Shown: positions 28,932 through 39,610, counted from the first letter of the stretch. The stretch is 64,000 bases of DNA from Dehalococcoidia bacterium (GCA_030615625.1 JAUWYX010000002.1:11995-75994), one strand, 5' to 3'. Numbers and translations are program-made. The notes: generated by a model from the sequence alone, not told the origin.

Positions 28932-30575
28932 ATGTCCTCCATAAAAAGCGGCAAGTTGCCTGCCACCCTGGCCAAGATATCCCACCTGTTAGATATCCAG
29001 AAAAAGCAAGGCTATATCGTTGGTGGCTTCATCCGTGATTGGCTTTTGGGGAGGGATACAAATGACATAGATATTGCCGTAAGCGGCGCAGCCATAACCA
29101 TAGCTCGGGAAGTAGCTGGAGAGATAGGAGGCAAATTTGTGCTCCTTGATGATGTCAACGACGTAGCTAGAGTAGTGGTGATTGAAGATGAGCAGCCCGG
29201 AGGGACTTCACAGAACCAAGAATCGCATGGTGCAGAGTGGCATTTTGATTTCTCCCCTTTTACCGGAGACATTGAATCTGATCTTGCCCGCCGCGATTTT
29301 ACCATCAATGCCATGGCTCTGAAACTCAGCCAATTTGTCACCGTCAGTACGGCCCCCGATATGAGTCCCCGAAAATCGGCAAATCTTCTGGCTGAAAAGC
29401 GATCCCCCTTGAAGCTTATCGACCCTTTTTCCGGTAAAGAGGATTTGAGGGATAAAATAGTGCGGGGGGTAAGCGAGCAAATATTTGAAGCCGATGCCGC
29501 AAGACTCTTGCGGGCAGTGAGGTTGGCTGCCGAGCTCGACTTCACCATAGAGCCAGACACAGAATCTTTAATTCGCCGCTATTCTCAGGCTATCACTGAA
29601 GTCCCGGGAGAGAGAGTCAGAGAAGAGTTACTTCGTTTGCTTGCTCTGCCACGGGCTGCTTACTACTTGAGATACTTGGATACACTTGGCCTACTTCTCG
29701 CCCTAATCCCCGAGCTAGCAGAGAGCAAGGGAGTAGAGCAACCAACAGTGCACTTCTGGGATGTCTTCGACCATTCCTTACAGACCGTAGCTGCCATAGA
29801 ATTCCTCATTAGAGAAAGTGATTGGGAGTACAGCAACGACGCTATGCTGTCTACTGTTCCCTGGTCGGACATGATAGACAGGCACTTGTCCCAGGAGGTT
29901 TCCAGCGGAAGTAACCACAAGGTTCTACTCAAGTTAGCTGGGCTATTCCATGATATTGCTAAACCAATGACAAAGTCTATTGATGATACAGGTAGAGCCA
30001 GGTTTTTAGGGCATACCAAGCAAGGAGCAGCTATGACTGCGAACATTTTGGAACGGTTGCGATTTAGCAATCGGGAAATAAGACTGGTGGAAAGCCTTGT
30101 CTATCATCACCTCCGCCCAGTTCAGATGGCAAATGAGGGATTTCCTACCCAACGGGCAATTTATCGCTACTTTCGAGATACCGGCGACGCCGGCATTGAT
30201 ATTCTATTCCTGGCTTTAGCCGATTGTCTGGCCAGCCGCGGTCCCCTGGTATCTATGGAGGATTGGGAAAAACATTGTCAATTAATAAACTACATACTGG
30301 CAGAGCATGACAAGCAGCAAGCCAAAATCTTGCCGGTGAAGCTTATCGATGGCCATGATATAATGGATACCTTTGGCTTAGCACCAGGACCACTGGTTGG
30401 CAAACTCCTCGCTATGGTCAACGAGGCTCATGCCAGCGGTGAGTTAAGCACCAAAGAAGAAGCATTAACCTTGGTTCGAAGGGAACTCCCATCTGTGAGC
30501 AAACAGCAAACAAGAGTTTCTCAAAATTCCCAGAATTCTGGAGTAAAAACAATCCCTAACACAAAGGTAGATTAA
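28932..30575 (+). CDS. CCA-adding/poly(A) polymerase family nucleotidyltransferase with HD domain
   Basis: VGGFIRD, DIDI, DLARRDFTINAMA, RLLRAVR, ERVREEL, FHDIAKP. Confidence 0.92.
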   Translation: MSSIKSGKLPATLAKISHLLDIQKKQGYIVGGFIRDWLLGRDTNDIDIAVSGAAITIAREVAGEIGGKFVLLDDVNDVARVVVIEDEQPGGTSQNQESHGAEWHFDFSPFTGDIESDLARRDFTINAMALKLSQFVTVSTAPDMSPRKSANLLAEKRSPLKLIDPFSGKEDLRDKIVRGVSEQIFEADAARLLRAVRLAAELDFTIEPDTESLIRRYSQAITEVPGERVREELLRLLALPRAAYYLRYLDTLGLLLALIPELAESKGVEQPTVHFWDVFDHSLQTVAAIEFLIRESDWEYSNDAMLSTVPWSDMIDRHLSQEVSSGSNHKVLLKLAGLFHDIAKPMTKSIDDTGRARFLGHTKQGAAMTANILERLRFSNREIRLVESLVYHHLRPVQMANEGFPTQRAIYRYFRDTGDAGIDILFLALADCLASRGPLVSMEDWEKHCQLINYILAEHDKQQAKILPVKLIDGHDIMDTFGLAPGPLVGKLLAMVNEAHASGELSTKEEALTLVRRELPSVSKQQTRVSQNSQNSGVKTIPNTKVD

Positions 30576-30576
30576 A

Positions 30577-31953
30577 TTGAGAAGGGGAAGCGTTTATTTA
30601 TTAATTTTCATCCTTGCTCTGGTCGGATTCGCCTTATGGTCCATAGTCCCGCTGGATAGGAATGTTTTCGGCAGGGAAGGACTAAGGCTGGGGCTTGACC
30701 TCGCCGGCGGCAGCTACATGGTTTACCAGGCCGATGTCAGCGATATTGAGGCTGGCAACAGGGATGAAATTATGAAGGGTGTGAAGGAAGTTATAGAAAA
30801 GCGTATTAATGCTCTGGGCATAACCGAGTCCACCGTCCAAATCCAGAAACAAGGGGGGGAATATAACATTGTCATCCAAATACCTGGCATTGCTGACATT
30901 GAGAAGGCTAAGGAGATGGTTGGACTCTTCACCGTGCTCGAATTCAGGGAACAGGATGAGGAGGGAATTTGGGTTCCTGCTACCGGGATAGTCACAGTCA
31001 ATGGCGAGGAAAAGGAGTTAGTTCTCAGCAGTAGATATTTTAAGGAAAACACTTACGTTACTGTAGACCAATTAGGCAGTGCGTTCTTAATGTTTGAGTT
31101 AGACGAAACGGGAGCGCAGCTTTTCAAACAAATAAGCACCCGCCTTATCGGAAAACCGCTAGCTATCTACCTTGGTGATGAGCCACTTCGGGATGAAGAT
31201 GGTCATATCATCGCCCCGACAGTCAGGTCGGTGATAGAAGACAAGGGACAAATTGAAGGGCTGCACCTTGTTGATGCTCAAGAACTATCACGGGTGCTCA
31301 ACGCTGGACGGATCAACGTTCCACTGGGAAGGTGGGTAGAAGGAGAATTTGAACCCAGTGTTCCACTCTATGAAAGGACTGTGAAGGCTACCTTGGGGCA
31401 GGATTCCATCCAGAAGAGCATACGGGCGGCAGGAATTGGGATAGTGTTATTGTTGCTATTTATGCTTGTTTACTACCGTCTACCAGGCTTAGTGGCCTGC
31501 CTTAGCTTAGGGATTTACGGTGTCGTGCTTTTAGCCATTTTCAAGCTCGTGCCTATAACCCTGACTTTGCCTGGTGTGGCCGGCTTCATCCTATCGCTGG
31601 GCATGGCCGTAGATGCCAACGTACTTATCTTCGAGCGCATCAAGGAGGAATTACGGGGGGGGCGCAGCCTGGCGGCTGCCGTTGAGGCTGGATTCAACCG
31701 TGCCTGGACCGCTATCAGAGATAGCAACATCACCACCTTTATCGCCTGCCTCGTCCTTTTCTGGCTTGGCGGCGAGCTTGGTGCTCTTATGGTCAGAGGT
31801 TTTGCCTTGACCTTGTTTATCGGCGTTGCTTTATCCATGTTAACAGCCATTGTTGTCACCAGAACCTTCCTCCGCTTGATTATAGGCAGCCGGGCGGTCA
31901 CTAATCTAGCAGCTTACGGAGTAACGCCATTTCCAGCGAAGCGAGGAACCTGA
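30577..31953 (+). CDS. secD: Protein translocase subunit SecD
   Basis: LGLDLAGG, TLPGVAGFILSLGMAVDANVLIFERIKEE, DSNITT. Confidence 0.96.
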   Translation: MRRGSVYLLIFILALVGFALWSIVPLDRNVFGREGLRLGLDLAGGSYMVYQADVSDIEAGNRDEIMKGVKEVIEKRINALGITESTVQIQKQGGEYNIVIQIPGIADIEKAKEMVGLFTVLEFREQDEEGIWVPATGIVTVNGEEKELVLSSRYFKENTYVTVDQLGSAFLMFELDETGAQLFKQISTRLIGKPLAIYLGDEPLRDEDGHIIAPTVRSVIEDKGQIEGLHLVDAQELSRVLNAGRINVPLGRWVEGEFEPSVPLYERTVKATLGQDSIQKSIRAAGIGIVLLLLFMLVYYRLPGLVACLSLGIYGVVLLAIFKLVPITLTLPGVAGFILSLGMAVDANVLIFERIKEELRGGRSLAAAVEAGFNRAWTAIRDSNITTFIACLVLFWLGGELGALMVRGFALTLFIGVALSMLTAIVVTRTFLRLIIGSRAVTNLAAYGVTPFPAKRGT

Positions 31954-31954
31954 G

Positions 31955-32908
31955 ATGATAGACTTTGTCGGTAAGAGGCAGTGGTTTTTCCTTATCTCGT
32001 GGATACTCGTAGTTATAGGAATCATTTCCCTGGTCATTTCTCAAATACAGATCAAATCCCCACTGCAGCTTGGAATCGATTTTACTGGTGGCACTTCTAT
32101 GATTCTTCAATTTAGCCCTATAGATAGCCATGAAGTACCCTGGAGCGATTTCCAAAGCCAGTTGCGGCAGGAGATGGCTGAGCTGGGATACGACAAGGCA
32201 CGCATTCAAGACGCTGGCGAAGGCGATTTCATCATCTCCACCAGGGAAATAACCTCAGATGAGGCAAGTGAATTGGCCGAGAAACTCGGGACAGAATTGG
32301 ATTCCCAGGTTGAAATAATCGATTACTACTTTGTTTCGGGAACAGTGGCGGCGAAAACAGCACGCAATGCCGTCATCGCCGTAATAATAGCTGCTGTGGC
32401 TATGATGTTTTACATTGTCTGGGCGTTTCGCCGCATGCCCAGTCCCTTTCGCTGGGGTACCTGCGCCATCATTGCTCTCATCCATGATGTGTTCATAATA
32501 GTGGGCATCTTCTCCATCTTGGGTTGGCTTGGCGGGGTGGCGATTGATGCCCTGTTTATCACCGGACTGCTTGCCGTTGTCGGCTACAGCATCAATAATA
32601 CTGTGGTTGTCTTTGACCGCATTCGGGAAAATGTATCAAGGCACATCAGAGCCGACTTCGCCGAGACTGTAAACGATAGCCTCATAGAAACGCTGGGGAG
32701 GTGTTTAAATACTGCCCTGACCACCATTTTTGTGCTCTTAGCCTTGTTCCTTTTTGGCGGAGCCACCATACACTATTTCGTCCTGGTGTTGATCCTCGGC
32801 GTTATCATCGGCACCTACAGCTCTGTCTGCATCTCCAGCCAGCTTCTGGTGGTGTGGGAAAAGCGAGAGTGGAGGGCACTCTTGCCTTTCGCTAAGAGAC
32901 CAGCCTAG
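31955..32908 (+). CDS. secF: Protein translocase subunit SecF
   Basis: GIDFTGG, HDV, GYSINNTVVVFDRIREN, GTYSS. Confidence 0.96.
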   Translation: MIDFVGKRQWFFLISWILVVIGIISLVISQIQIKSPLQLGIDFTGGTSMILQFSPIDSHEVPWSDFQSQLRQEMAELGYDKARIQDAGEGDFIISTREITSDEASELAEKLGTELDSQVEIIDYYFVSGTVAAKTARNAVIAVIIAAVAMMFYIVWAFRRMPSPFRWGTCAIIALIHDVFIIVGIFSILGWLGGVAIDALFITGLLAVVGYSINNTVVVFDRIRENVSRHIRADFAETVNDSLIETLGRCLNTALTTIFVLLALFLFGGATIHYFVLVLILGVIIGTYSSVCISSQLLVVWEKREWRALLPFAKRPA

Positions 32909-32912
32909 TCGG

Positions 32913-32990
32913 AAATATCAAACCGATTTCTAATACCTAAGCTCTAAATCCTAAACAACCTCAAAATTCTAGACTTAAATACCAAAACTC
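32913..32990 (+). repeat. AT-rich short-period repeat tract (left arm)
   Basis: aaatatcaaa...tctaaatcctaaacaa...aaattcta...aaatacc; its inverted counterpart is at 33857-33992. Confidence 0.55.
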
Positions 32991-33152
32991 AGATTGCTAC
33001 CCCAGTCTCTGCCAACTCTTCGATATCAGGTACATAACAATGGCATTGCATGAAATAGCGAGCTGTTCGCCGCGTGGGTAGTTGACCTGGATGGTACCTG
33101 TTCCGTATCATATTTGGCAACAGGCCTCGGAGACAGACAAAATAGACGGCCA

Positions 33153-33777
33153 TATGATGAACAGTAGTGAGGACGACATAGTGCGATTGAACAGGTCTCA
33201 CGTTAAGCGTGCTACTGAGGCACTAACCAGGGCATTCTGGAATCACCCACCTCTCCAATATTACTTCCCCGACGAGGCGGAGCGGGAAAAGATAGCGCCC
33301 TACTTCTTCTCTTTATCTGTCTTCAATGGCATCCGATATGGTGAAGTGCATGCCACATCTCAAGATTTGGAGGGAATCGCCGTTTGGCTGCCATCCGACA
33401 ACTACCCCGTTACACTGTGGCGACTGTTGCGTTCCGTTCCACCCTCCGAGATTCTTGGCGTTGCGAGATACGGAGGGTCCAGAATGAGGGGTCTTGGCCA
33501 ATATATAGATGCCATGCACGGTCGATTGGCCCCATTTAAGCATTGGTTCCTGCAGGCCATCGGTGTAGACCCTCAGTTTCAGGAAAGAGGCTATGCTAGT
33601 AAGTTGCTCAGGCCAATGCTGGCAAGAATAGATGAAGAGGGTCTGCCATGCTATCTTGAGACGCTCGAAGGACAAAACGTCCGGCTCTACGAGCACTTCG
33701 GCTTCAAAGTGATAGAAGAATCTAATGTTCCTGACACTAGCCTGACTAACTGGGCAATGTTGAGAGACGCTCGGTAG
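33153..33777 (+). CDS. GNAT-family N-acetyltransferase
   Basis: HWFLQAIGVDPQFQERGYASKLL, CYLET, NVRLYEHFGF; ATG start at 33153 or 33156. Confidence 0.88.
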
Positions 33778-33856
33778 TCAAGGCAACTCATTACCGGAAC
33801 GGGGTTCTCATCTGTAGGGCAAGCACAATGGTCATCACCCGATTGCACGATTACTC

Positions 33857-33992
33857 ATTTCGTTTTGAATTTTGGTCATTAGATGAGAGGAACTAAATTT
33901 TTCCTTTCTTTTGTTTAGGATTTCAAATTTTGTGCTTAGAATTTGTCGTATTTTGCCTTGTCATTTTGCATTTTTATTGTTGAATTTTGGTT
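33857..33992 (-). repeat. AT-rich short-period repeat tract (right arm)
   Basis: ttgtttaggattt at 33911-33923 is the exact reverse complement of 32946-32958; further ttgtcattttgcatttt units. Confidence 0.55.
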
Positions 33993-35032
33993 TAGTATCC
34001 CTCTAGGTGGTGTATTCTCTTTATTGCCTCGATATGCTCATCAAATCCCTCGGGCTTTCTTGCCATTGATGCTTTCCCCACGGGGTCATCTATCTCCGAA
34101 TTACCTAGAAGTACATCAAAGACAGCTTTTATGGAAGAAGCGACTACCTGAAGATTATAGCCACCTTCTAGAGTAAAAACGAGACGTCCCTGGCATAGTT
34201 CGGCTGCCAGTTCCTTCAATATCATCGCCATTTGAGTAAAACCTGTGACAGTTGCCTGCATCATAGCCAGGTGGTCAGCCCAATGAGCATCGAAGCCAGC
34301 AGAAACCAGGATGAGCTGTGGCTGAAATTTCCGGGCTACTGGAACCAAGACCTCGTTGAAGGCTCTCAAGTATTCCTCATCGTCCCAACCGGCAGCCATA
34401 GGAAAGTTGGCCGTAGTGCCCTCTCCTTCACCCGTTCCAGTTTCATCCATCCACCCTGTCCCGGGATAAAAGGGATACTGGTGGGTAGAGAAGTAAAGGA
34501 CTCTGGGGTCGGCATAAAAAGCATCCTGAGTCCCATTGCCATGATGGACATCAAAATCAGCGATAAGAACACGGTTGATACTGAACTTGCTTAGGGCAAA
34601 TTTAGCGGCGATTGCCACATTATTGAAAATGCAGAAGCCCATTGCTCGATTATGAATGGCATGGTGTCCTGGTGGTCTAACCAGAGCAAAGGCGTTATCC
34701 ACCTCCCCCTTCATCACCTCTTCTACAGCCACCAGGAGCCCACCGGCAGCATATAAGGCTGCTTCGTAAGACTTCGGAGACATTACGGTATCAGGGTCAA
34801 GCCAGCCACCACCCTTTTCCGCTTTGCTCTTAACGTAGGAGATGTACTCTGTCGTATGTATCATCTCTAGCTCTTCTAGCAAGGCGGGGCGTGGAGGCAG
34901 ACAGGTGAGTTTTTCCTTAATTCCAGTTTCTTTCAAATAAGACACCGCAGCTACCAGCCTGTGAGAATTCTCCACGTGGTCACCGGTATCGTGTTCCAAA
35001 TAGATTGGGTCATAAACCAGGCCGGCTTTCAT
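33992..35032 (-). CDS. Histone deacetylase family protein
   Basis: RPPGHHA, GFCIFNN, DFDVHHGNGTQ, SAGFDAH, LEGGY. Confidence 0.95.
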   Translation of the reverse strand: MKAGLVYDPIYLEHDTGDHVENSHRLVAAVSYLKETGIKEKLTCLPPRPALLEELEMIHTTEYISYVKSKAEKGGGWLDPDTVMSPKSYEAALYAAGGLLVAVEEVMKGEVDNAFALVRPPGHHAIHNRAMGFCIFNNVAIAAKFALSKFSINRVLIADFDVHHGNGTQDAFYADPRVLYFSTHQYPFYPGTGWMDETGTGEGEGTTANFPMAAGWDDEEYLRAFNEVLVPVARKFQPQLILVSAGFDAHWADHLAMMQATVTGFTQMAMILKELAAELCQGRLVFTLEGGYNLQVVASSIKAVFDVLLGNSEIDDPVGKASMARKPEGFDEHIEAIKRIHHLEGY

Positions 35033-35121
35033 ACTCGCATCATATCAAAGGTGCTCAAGCAAAAACAATTATGGGCGAGGCTTTCCAGAGCAAGTATTGA
35101 TTTTTATCACGGAAAACATCT

Positions 35122-35955
35122 ATGCTGTGGGATGCACAATTCCGTGAAGGAAAGCTTTGTCCTGTGACCAGAGAAGAGATAAAAGAGTTGCTCAACGAGG
35201 CGGAGAAGAGGTTTGCCTCGGAGGCAAAGTTGATACAGTTGGAGTCAGGCGGAGTCATTTTCGTCGGCGATACTCATGGTGACCTCGAAGCCACGGAGAA
35301 AATTATCCACAGGTATTTCAAATCGGAGAATAAGCTGGTTTTCCTGGGGGACTATGTTGACCGGGGACCAGCTTCCCTGGAGAACATTAACTTTTTGCTT
35401 GGACAAAAAATTGAGCACCCCGATTCTCTTTATCTGCTTATGGGAAATCACGAAGGCCATGCTGTAGTCAGCTTCCACCCCGCCGATTTCTGGGAAGGAC
35501 TGGATGCCGAACTTCGCCAGCGATATAGTGAGGTCCTTTCCATGTTGCCACTGGCCGTGTCCACGCCAAATGGAATCATTGCTCTGCATGGAGCACTCCC
35601 CGACGTATCAGGTTTAGAAGATATAAGTAGGATAAAGCTAGGTAGTGCCGAATGGCACCAAATAACCTGGGGGGACTGGCAGGAAACGGACGGGAAGTTC
35701 CTGGGAATCGATCCCTATACCGGGAGGCCTCAATTCGGGCGAGGCTGGTTCGAGGAAATCATGTCCCGCTTGGGCAAAAATGTCTTGATAAGGTCTCACC
35801 AGCCAGATGCCCCACCCACAATGTATGGCAGAAGATGCCTTACTATATTCACCTCTTCAGCTTATAGACATTATATTTCTGAGCGCACCATAGCCTTGGT
35901 TGATTCGAGAAAAGTGGTTAAGAGCGTGGATGATATAGAGATAGAGATTGTCTAA
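35122..35955 (+). CDS. PPP-family Ser/Thr phosphatase (metallophosphoesterase)
   Basis: GDTHG, GDYVDRG, GNHE, HG, RSHQ. Confidence 0.9.
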   Translation: MLWDAQFREGKLCPVTREEIKELLNEAEKRFASEAKLIQLESGGVIFVGDTHGDLEATEKIIHRYFKSENKLVFLGDYVDRGPASLENINFLLGQKIEHPDSLYLLMGNHEGHAVVSFHPADFWEGLDAELRQRYSEVLSMLPLAVSTPNGIIALHGALPDVSGLEDISRIKLGSAEWHQITWGDWQETDGKFLGIDPYTGRPQFGRGWFEEIMSRLGKNVLIRSHQPDAPPTMYGRRCLTIFTSSAYRHYISERTIALVDSRKVVKSVDDIEIEIV

Positions 35956-35956
35956 T

Positions 35957-36043
35957 GTGCTCATCTGGCTTGGCATTTTCTGCTGGGCCTGGGTGCCGCC
36001 TTTGGTAATCTGGCTCAGAAGACGCCGAAGGGCGAAGAGCTAA
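35957..36043 (+). pseudogene. Orphan 3' end of a membrane-protein gene
   Basis: Reads VLIWLGIFCWAWVPPLVIWLRRRRRAKS* with no RBS, starting 1 bp after the phosphatase stop codon. Confidence 0.5.
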
Positions 36044-36305
36044 TTCTCAATGCCTTCCTGCTAGGGCTTAGCAATTGCCTGCCCACCCCCACGGGGTTTG
36101 AGGAAGTCAACCAAACAACACGGCTTACTGTGCAATAGTACAAAATTATGTTGCCTTAGATAAATACCCAACGAGTTAGTTATCATTCTCCGTTGTTAGT
36201 TTCGTAATTTACCTCATTGGTATTATCTGAAGATTATGCAACAATCTTGACATGACTTCTTCAGGCATCTACACTATTAAAACCACCTGATGAGGTCTGA
36301 AAGTA

Positions 36306-36725
36306 ATGATATGCCCTGTTTGTAAATACGATATGATAGTCGTTGAGTATCATAATATTGAGCTCGATTATTGTAATAGTTGTAAGGGAGTGTGGTTTGA
36401 CTCTGGAGAGCTTGAGCTTTTGCTTGAGTCGCATGGTCTTGAAGAGACAAAGGTGTTCCTTGATGGCATCCTCAACTCGCAGGAAGCCGTTTCATCAGAA
36501 AAGAAACGGAATTGCCCCATCTGTGGCCATAAGATGAAAAAAACAGCTATAGGCGGACAGCCTAAAATCCTCATTGATATATGCCGTGATGAACATGGAT
36601 TGTGGTTTGACGGGGGTGAGGTTACTCAACTGATAAGACATCTGGCTGGGGAACATCCGCCAAAACATGATTCCAGGGAACAGGTTATCAGTTTCCTGGA
36701 AGAAGTATTCGAAGCCCCGCAGTAA
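36306..36725 (+). CDS. Double zf-TFIIB zinc-ribbon protein
   Basis: Two repeats of CPxC...D.C....G.WFD.GE. Confidence 0.85.
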   Translation: MICPVCKYDMIVVEYHNIELDYCNSCKGVWFDSGELELLLESHGLEETKVFLDGILNSQEAVSSEKKRNCPICGHKMKKTAIGGQPKILIDICRDEHGLWFDGGEVTQLIRHLAGEHPPKHDSREQVISFLEEVFEAPQ

Positions 36726-36779
36726 GGCAGCGATGACAATTAAGTAACACCCGGAGAATATTAGCTAAGGAGGTTTAAT

Positions 36780-37346
36780 ATGAATGTAGCAGTTTATATC
36801 ATTATCGGTGTTGTTGTGGTTCTTCTTATCATATTCCTAGCTATCTACAACGGCCTGGTCAGGCGGCGTAATCAAGTAAAGAACTCCTGGGCGCAGATTG
36901 ACGTTCAGCTAAAACGACGCTATGACCTCATTCCCAACCTGGTGGAAACTGCCAAGGGCTATATGAAACACGAGCGAGAAACCTTGGAGGCAGTAACCAA
37001 CGCCCGTAATCTTGCCCAGCAACTGTCGTCTGCTGGAGCTGGTGAGCGAGCCAAGGCCGAAGGTGAGCTGAGTTCGGTCCTATCCCGCTTACTGGCTGTA
37101 GTGGAAAACTACCCCGATCTTAAAGCCAATCAGAACTTTCTGGCACTTCAGGAGGAGCTTGCCTCAACCGAGAACAAGATAAGTTTTTCTCGCCAGTTTT
37201 ACAATGATTCAGTCCTGAAATATAACAACCAGACGCAGATGTTTCCGTCTAACATTGTAGCCAGCATGACCGGGTTTAAGGCTAGTGAATTCTTCGAGGT
37301 TACTCTAGCCGCCGAAAGAGAAGCGCCCAAGGTTAGTTTCACTTAG
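36780..37346 (+). CDS. lemA: LemA family protein
   Basis: IDVQLKRRYDLIPNLVET, ENYPDLKANQNFL.LQEEL..TENKI. Confidence 0.95.
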   Translation: MNVAVYIIIGVVVVLLIIFLAIYNGLVRRRNQVKNSWAQIDVQLKRRYDLIPNLVETAKGYMKHERETLEAVTNARNLAQQLSSAGAGERAKAEGELSSVLSRLLAVVENYPDLKANQNFLALQEELASTENKISFSRQFYNDSVLKYNNQTQMFPSNIVASMTGFKASEFFEVTLAAEREAPKVSFT

Positions 37347-37364
37347 TAAGAAGACACTTCAGCT

Positions 37365-38567
37365 GTGTGGGAACAGATTAGGTCTAATCAAATAAGGTCG
37401 GTAGTGCTGACAATAGGCATGGGAGCATTACTGATCCTTATCGGCTATTTCCTGGGCCTGTACTTCTTTGATAGTGCTATTGTGGGTTTGGTCATTGCCA
37501 TATTAGTATGGGCAGTCCTGAGTTTAATCGGCTATTTCCAGAGTGATAGTATCCTGCTTAGGATGTCGAGGGCGAAGAAAATTAAGCGTGATGACCACCC
37601 TCGCCTATACAATGTGGTTGAGGAAATGAAGATTGCCTCCGGCCTGGAGAAAATGCCCGACATATACATCATTGATGACCCGGCACTAAATGCCTTCGCC
37701 ACTGGTCGTGACCCCAAGCGGGCATCCGTAGCTATCACATCGGGACTGCTACAAAAATTAAACCGCGATGAGTTACAAGGGGTCATCGCCCACGAAATAT
37801 CACACGTCAAGAACCGGGATGTGCTGCTTATGTCAATGTGTAGTATCCTGCTCGGTACTATCGTTATCCTGGCCTGGTATGGGTCACGCATTATGATTTT
37901 TGGCAGCATGACCGGGTCAAGAAGAAGCTCCTCATCAGGTGGGGGTGGGCAGGCTCAGATAATAATTCTGGTCGTGTCACTCGTATTTATGATACTGGCG
38001 CCGATTATGGCGCAGCTCATTTACTTTGCCATCTCTCGGAAGAGAGAGTACCTGGCAGATGCCTCGGCAGCCCTCTACACCAGGTACCCTGAAGGACTGG
38101 CATCAGCCCTGAAAAAGCTGGGTACCTCAACCGGGCAGCTAAAATCAGCCAATAAGGCCACAGCCCCTATGTATATCGTCAATCCCTTCCGCAAGAAAGG
38201 CATGAAAGCCAGTGACCTCTCCAGCACCCACCCCCCTATATCAGAGAGGATACGCATTCTACGTGCCATGGCTGGCGCCTCTTTTAACGATTATGACCAG
38301 GCTTACAGCAAGGTTCACGGAGGTAAGGGAGTTATGCCCGCTGCCAGCATTGCCGCCGGAACAGTCCCATTAGCAACGGTAAAGCTAGAGGGTGGAGCGG
38401 GTGAACCAAACGAGATACAGCGGGCTCGTGAGACCTCAGATGTAATGTGGCGGCTGAGTAACTATAACACCATTACATGTGACTGCGGTGCCAAGTTACG
38501 AGTGCCACCTAAGTTCAAAGAGCCAGTAATCAAGTGCCCGCATTGTGGTAGAACGCATCAGGTTTGA
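37365..38567 (+). CDS. htpX: HtpX-like M48 zinc metalloprotease with C-terminal zinc ribbon
   Basis: NAFATG, AHEISH, SRKREYLADA, STHPP..ERI, CDCG...CPHCG. Confidence 0.9.
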   Translation: MWEQIRSNQIRSVVLTIGMGALLILIGYFLGLYFFDSAIVGLVIAILVWAVLSLIGYFQSDSILLRMSRAKKIKRDDHPRLYNVVEEMKIASGLEKMPDIYIIDDPALNAFATGRDPKRASVAITSGLLQKLNRDELQGVIAHEISHVKNRDVLLMSMCSILLGTIVILAWYGSRIMIFGSMTGSRRSSSSGGGGQAQIIILVVSLVFMILAPIMAQLIYFAISRKREYLADASAALYTRYPEGLASALKKLGTSTGQLKSANKATAPMYIVNPFRKKGMKASDLSSTHPPISERIRILRAMAGASFNDYDQAYSKVHGGKGVMPAASIAAGTVPLATVKLEGGAGEPNEIQRARETSDVMWRLSNYNTITCDCGAKLRVPPKFKEPVIKCPHCGRTHQV

Positions 38568-38690
38568 GAAGATTGATTATTGTTACCCAAATCTCTTCCT
38601 GTACCATCGGTAACTTCAGCACCTATGGTGATGCCGGTTGGGACTTCTTCCAGAATCCTTTGTTAAGCTATCTCAGCTACACAAAATGAC

Positions 38691-38910
38691 GAACTGTTGA
38701 GGCAGGACATAGTGCTTAAAAGGACTCTTAATTTGGTTTTGGGGTTCGCACTTTTACAAGCCCGCTTCTTTTCTCAGGATTTTGGCCTTGTCCGTTCTCT
38801 CCCAGGGCAGGTCGAGGTCTTCCCTGCCAAAATGCCCATAAGTGGCGGTTTGGCGGTAAATGGGGCGTCGCAGGTCCAAAGTCTTTATGATAGCCTCAGG
38901 GCGAAAGTCG
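38691..38910 (-). pseudogene. metK: Displaced second copy of the metK 3' end plus ~60 bp of downstream DNA
   Basis: Direct repeat of 41537-41755; coding part 143/157 identical; translates [51 protein letters not shown]. Confidence 0.93.
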
Positions 38911-38917
38911 CCCTCTA

Positions 38918-39610
38918 TCAGAAGGTGCTCTTTTTAACTTTTCTCAAGATTAACCATGGAATGGCTAGCGCAATGCCTATGGGGATGAGCAATCGGGCTG
39001 CGACGATAACCCTCTCTTTCGCTACCACCGATGCTATTTCCCTTATCGCCATATTGACTTCCACCACACTAGAGGATGGGTTGGCAATTACGGCCATGAT
39101 GTCAAGGGCATCCGCTGGAAACAACTCGTGGGAAAACGTGCTGCTCGGAGGCGGGTCCCACAAGATAATCTCGGGGTGTGCTTGCAGGCCCTTGTCTAAA
39201 ACGACCACGTTCCACAGCATACTCTGAGTTTGGGGATCGTCTAAATTAGGAAGTGTCTGTTCAGGATACGCCTCGTGGAAAAAAATCAGCGGCATGGCGT
39301 AGAACTCAATAAATATCTCATCTAAATCAGGATATGTCTCCTTAAGCAATGTTCTCCAGTTATCGAGTTCAACTGGGCTTACTCCGAGGAGATAAACATG
39401 GACGTTATCGGTAGACTCCACCGAGATTTGCAATCCAGTTTGAGGCGAGTAAACCCTTAACTCCCTAATCATATATTGTTCAGGCTCGATAGGCTGAATC
39501 CACCCAGATTGGGATCCAGCACCTGAGGGAATGAGAGAGAAGACAAGGAGAGCTAAGCCGATCATCAAAATTACCGCGCCTATTCTTCCGAGAAGAGTTA
39601 TCCACCTCAT
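38918..39610 (-). CDS. Hypothetical membrane protein (N- and C-terminal TM), ABC operon
   Basis: ATG at 39610 overlaps the permease stop (ATGA coupling); two hydrophobic termini. Confidence 0.7.
   Translation of the reverse strand: MRWITLLGRIGAVILMIGLALLVFSLIPSGAGSQSGWIQPIEPEQYMIRELRVYSPQTGLQISVESTDNVHVYLLGVSPVELDNWRTLLKETYPDLDEIFIEFYAMPLIFFHEAYPEQTLPNLDDPQTQSMLWNVVVLDKGLQAHPEIILWDPPPSSTFSHELFPADALDIMAVIANPSSSVVEVNMAIREIASVVAKERVIVAARLLIPIGIALAIPWLILRKVKKSTF

Noticed and set aside
38697..39227. 176-aa plus-strand ORF, and other long antisense ORFs such as 6011..6595, 8349..8969 and 43240..43845
   Set aside because: Shadows of well-supported genes or of the metK fragment on the opposite strand.
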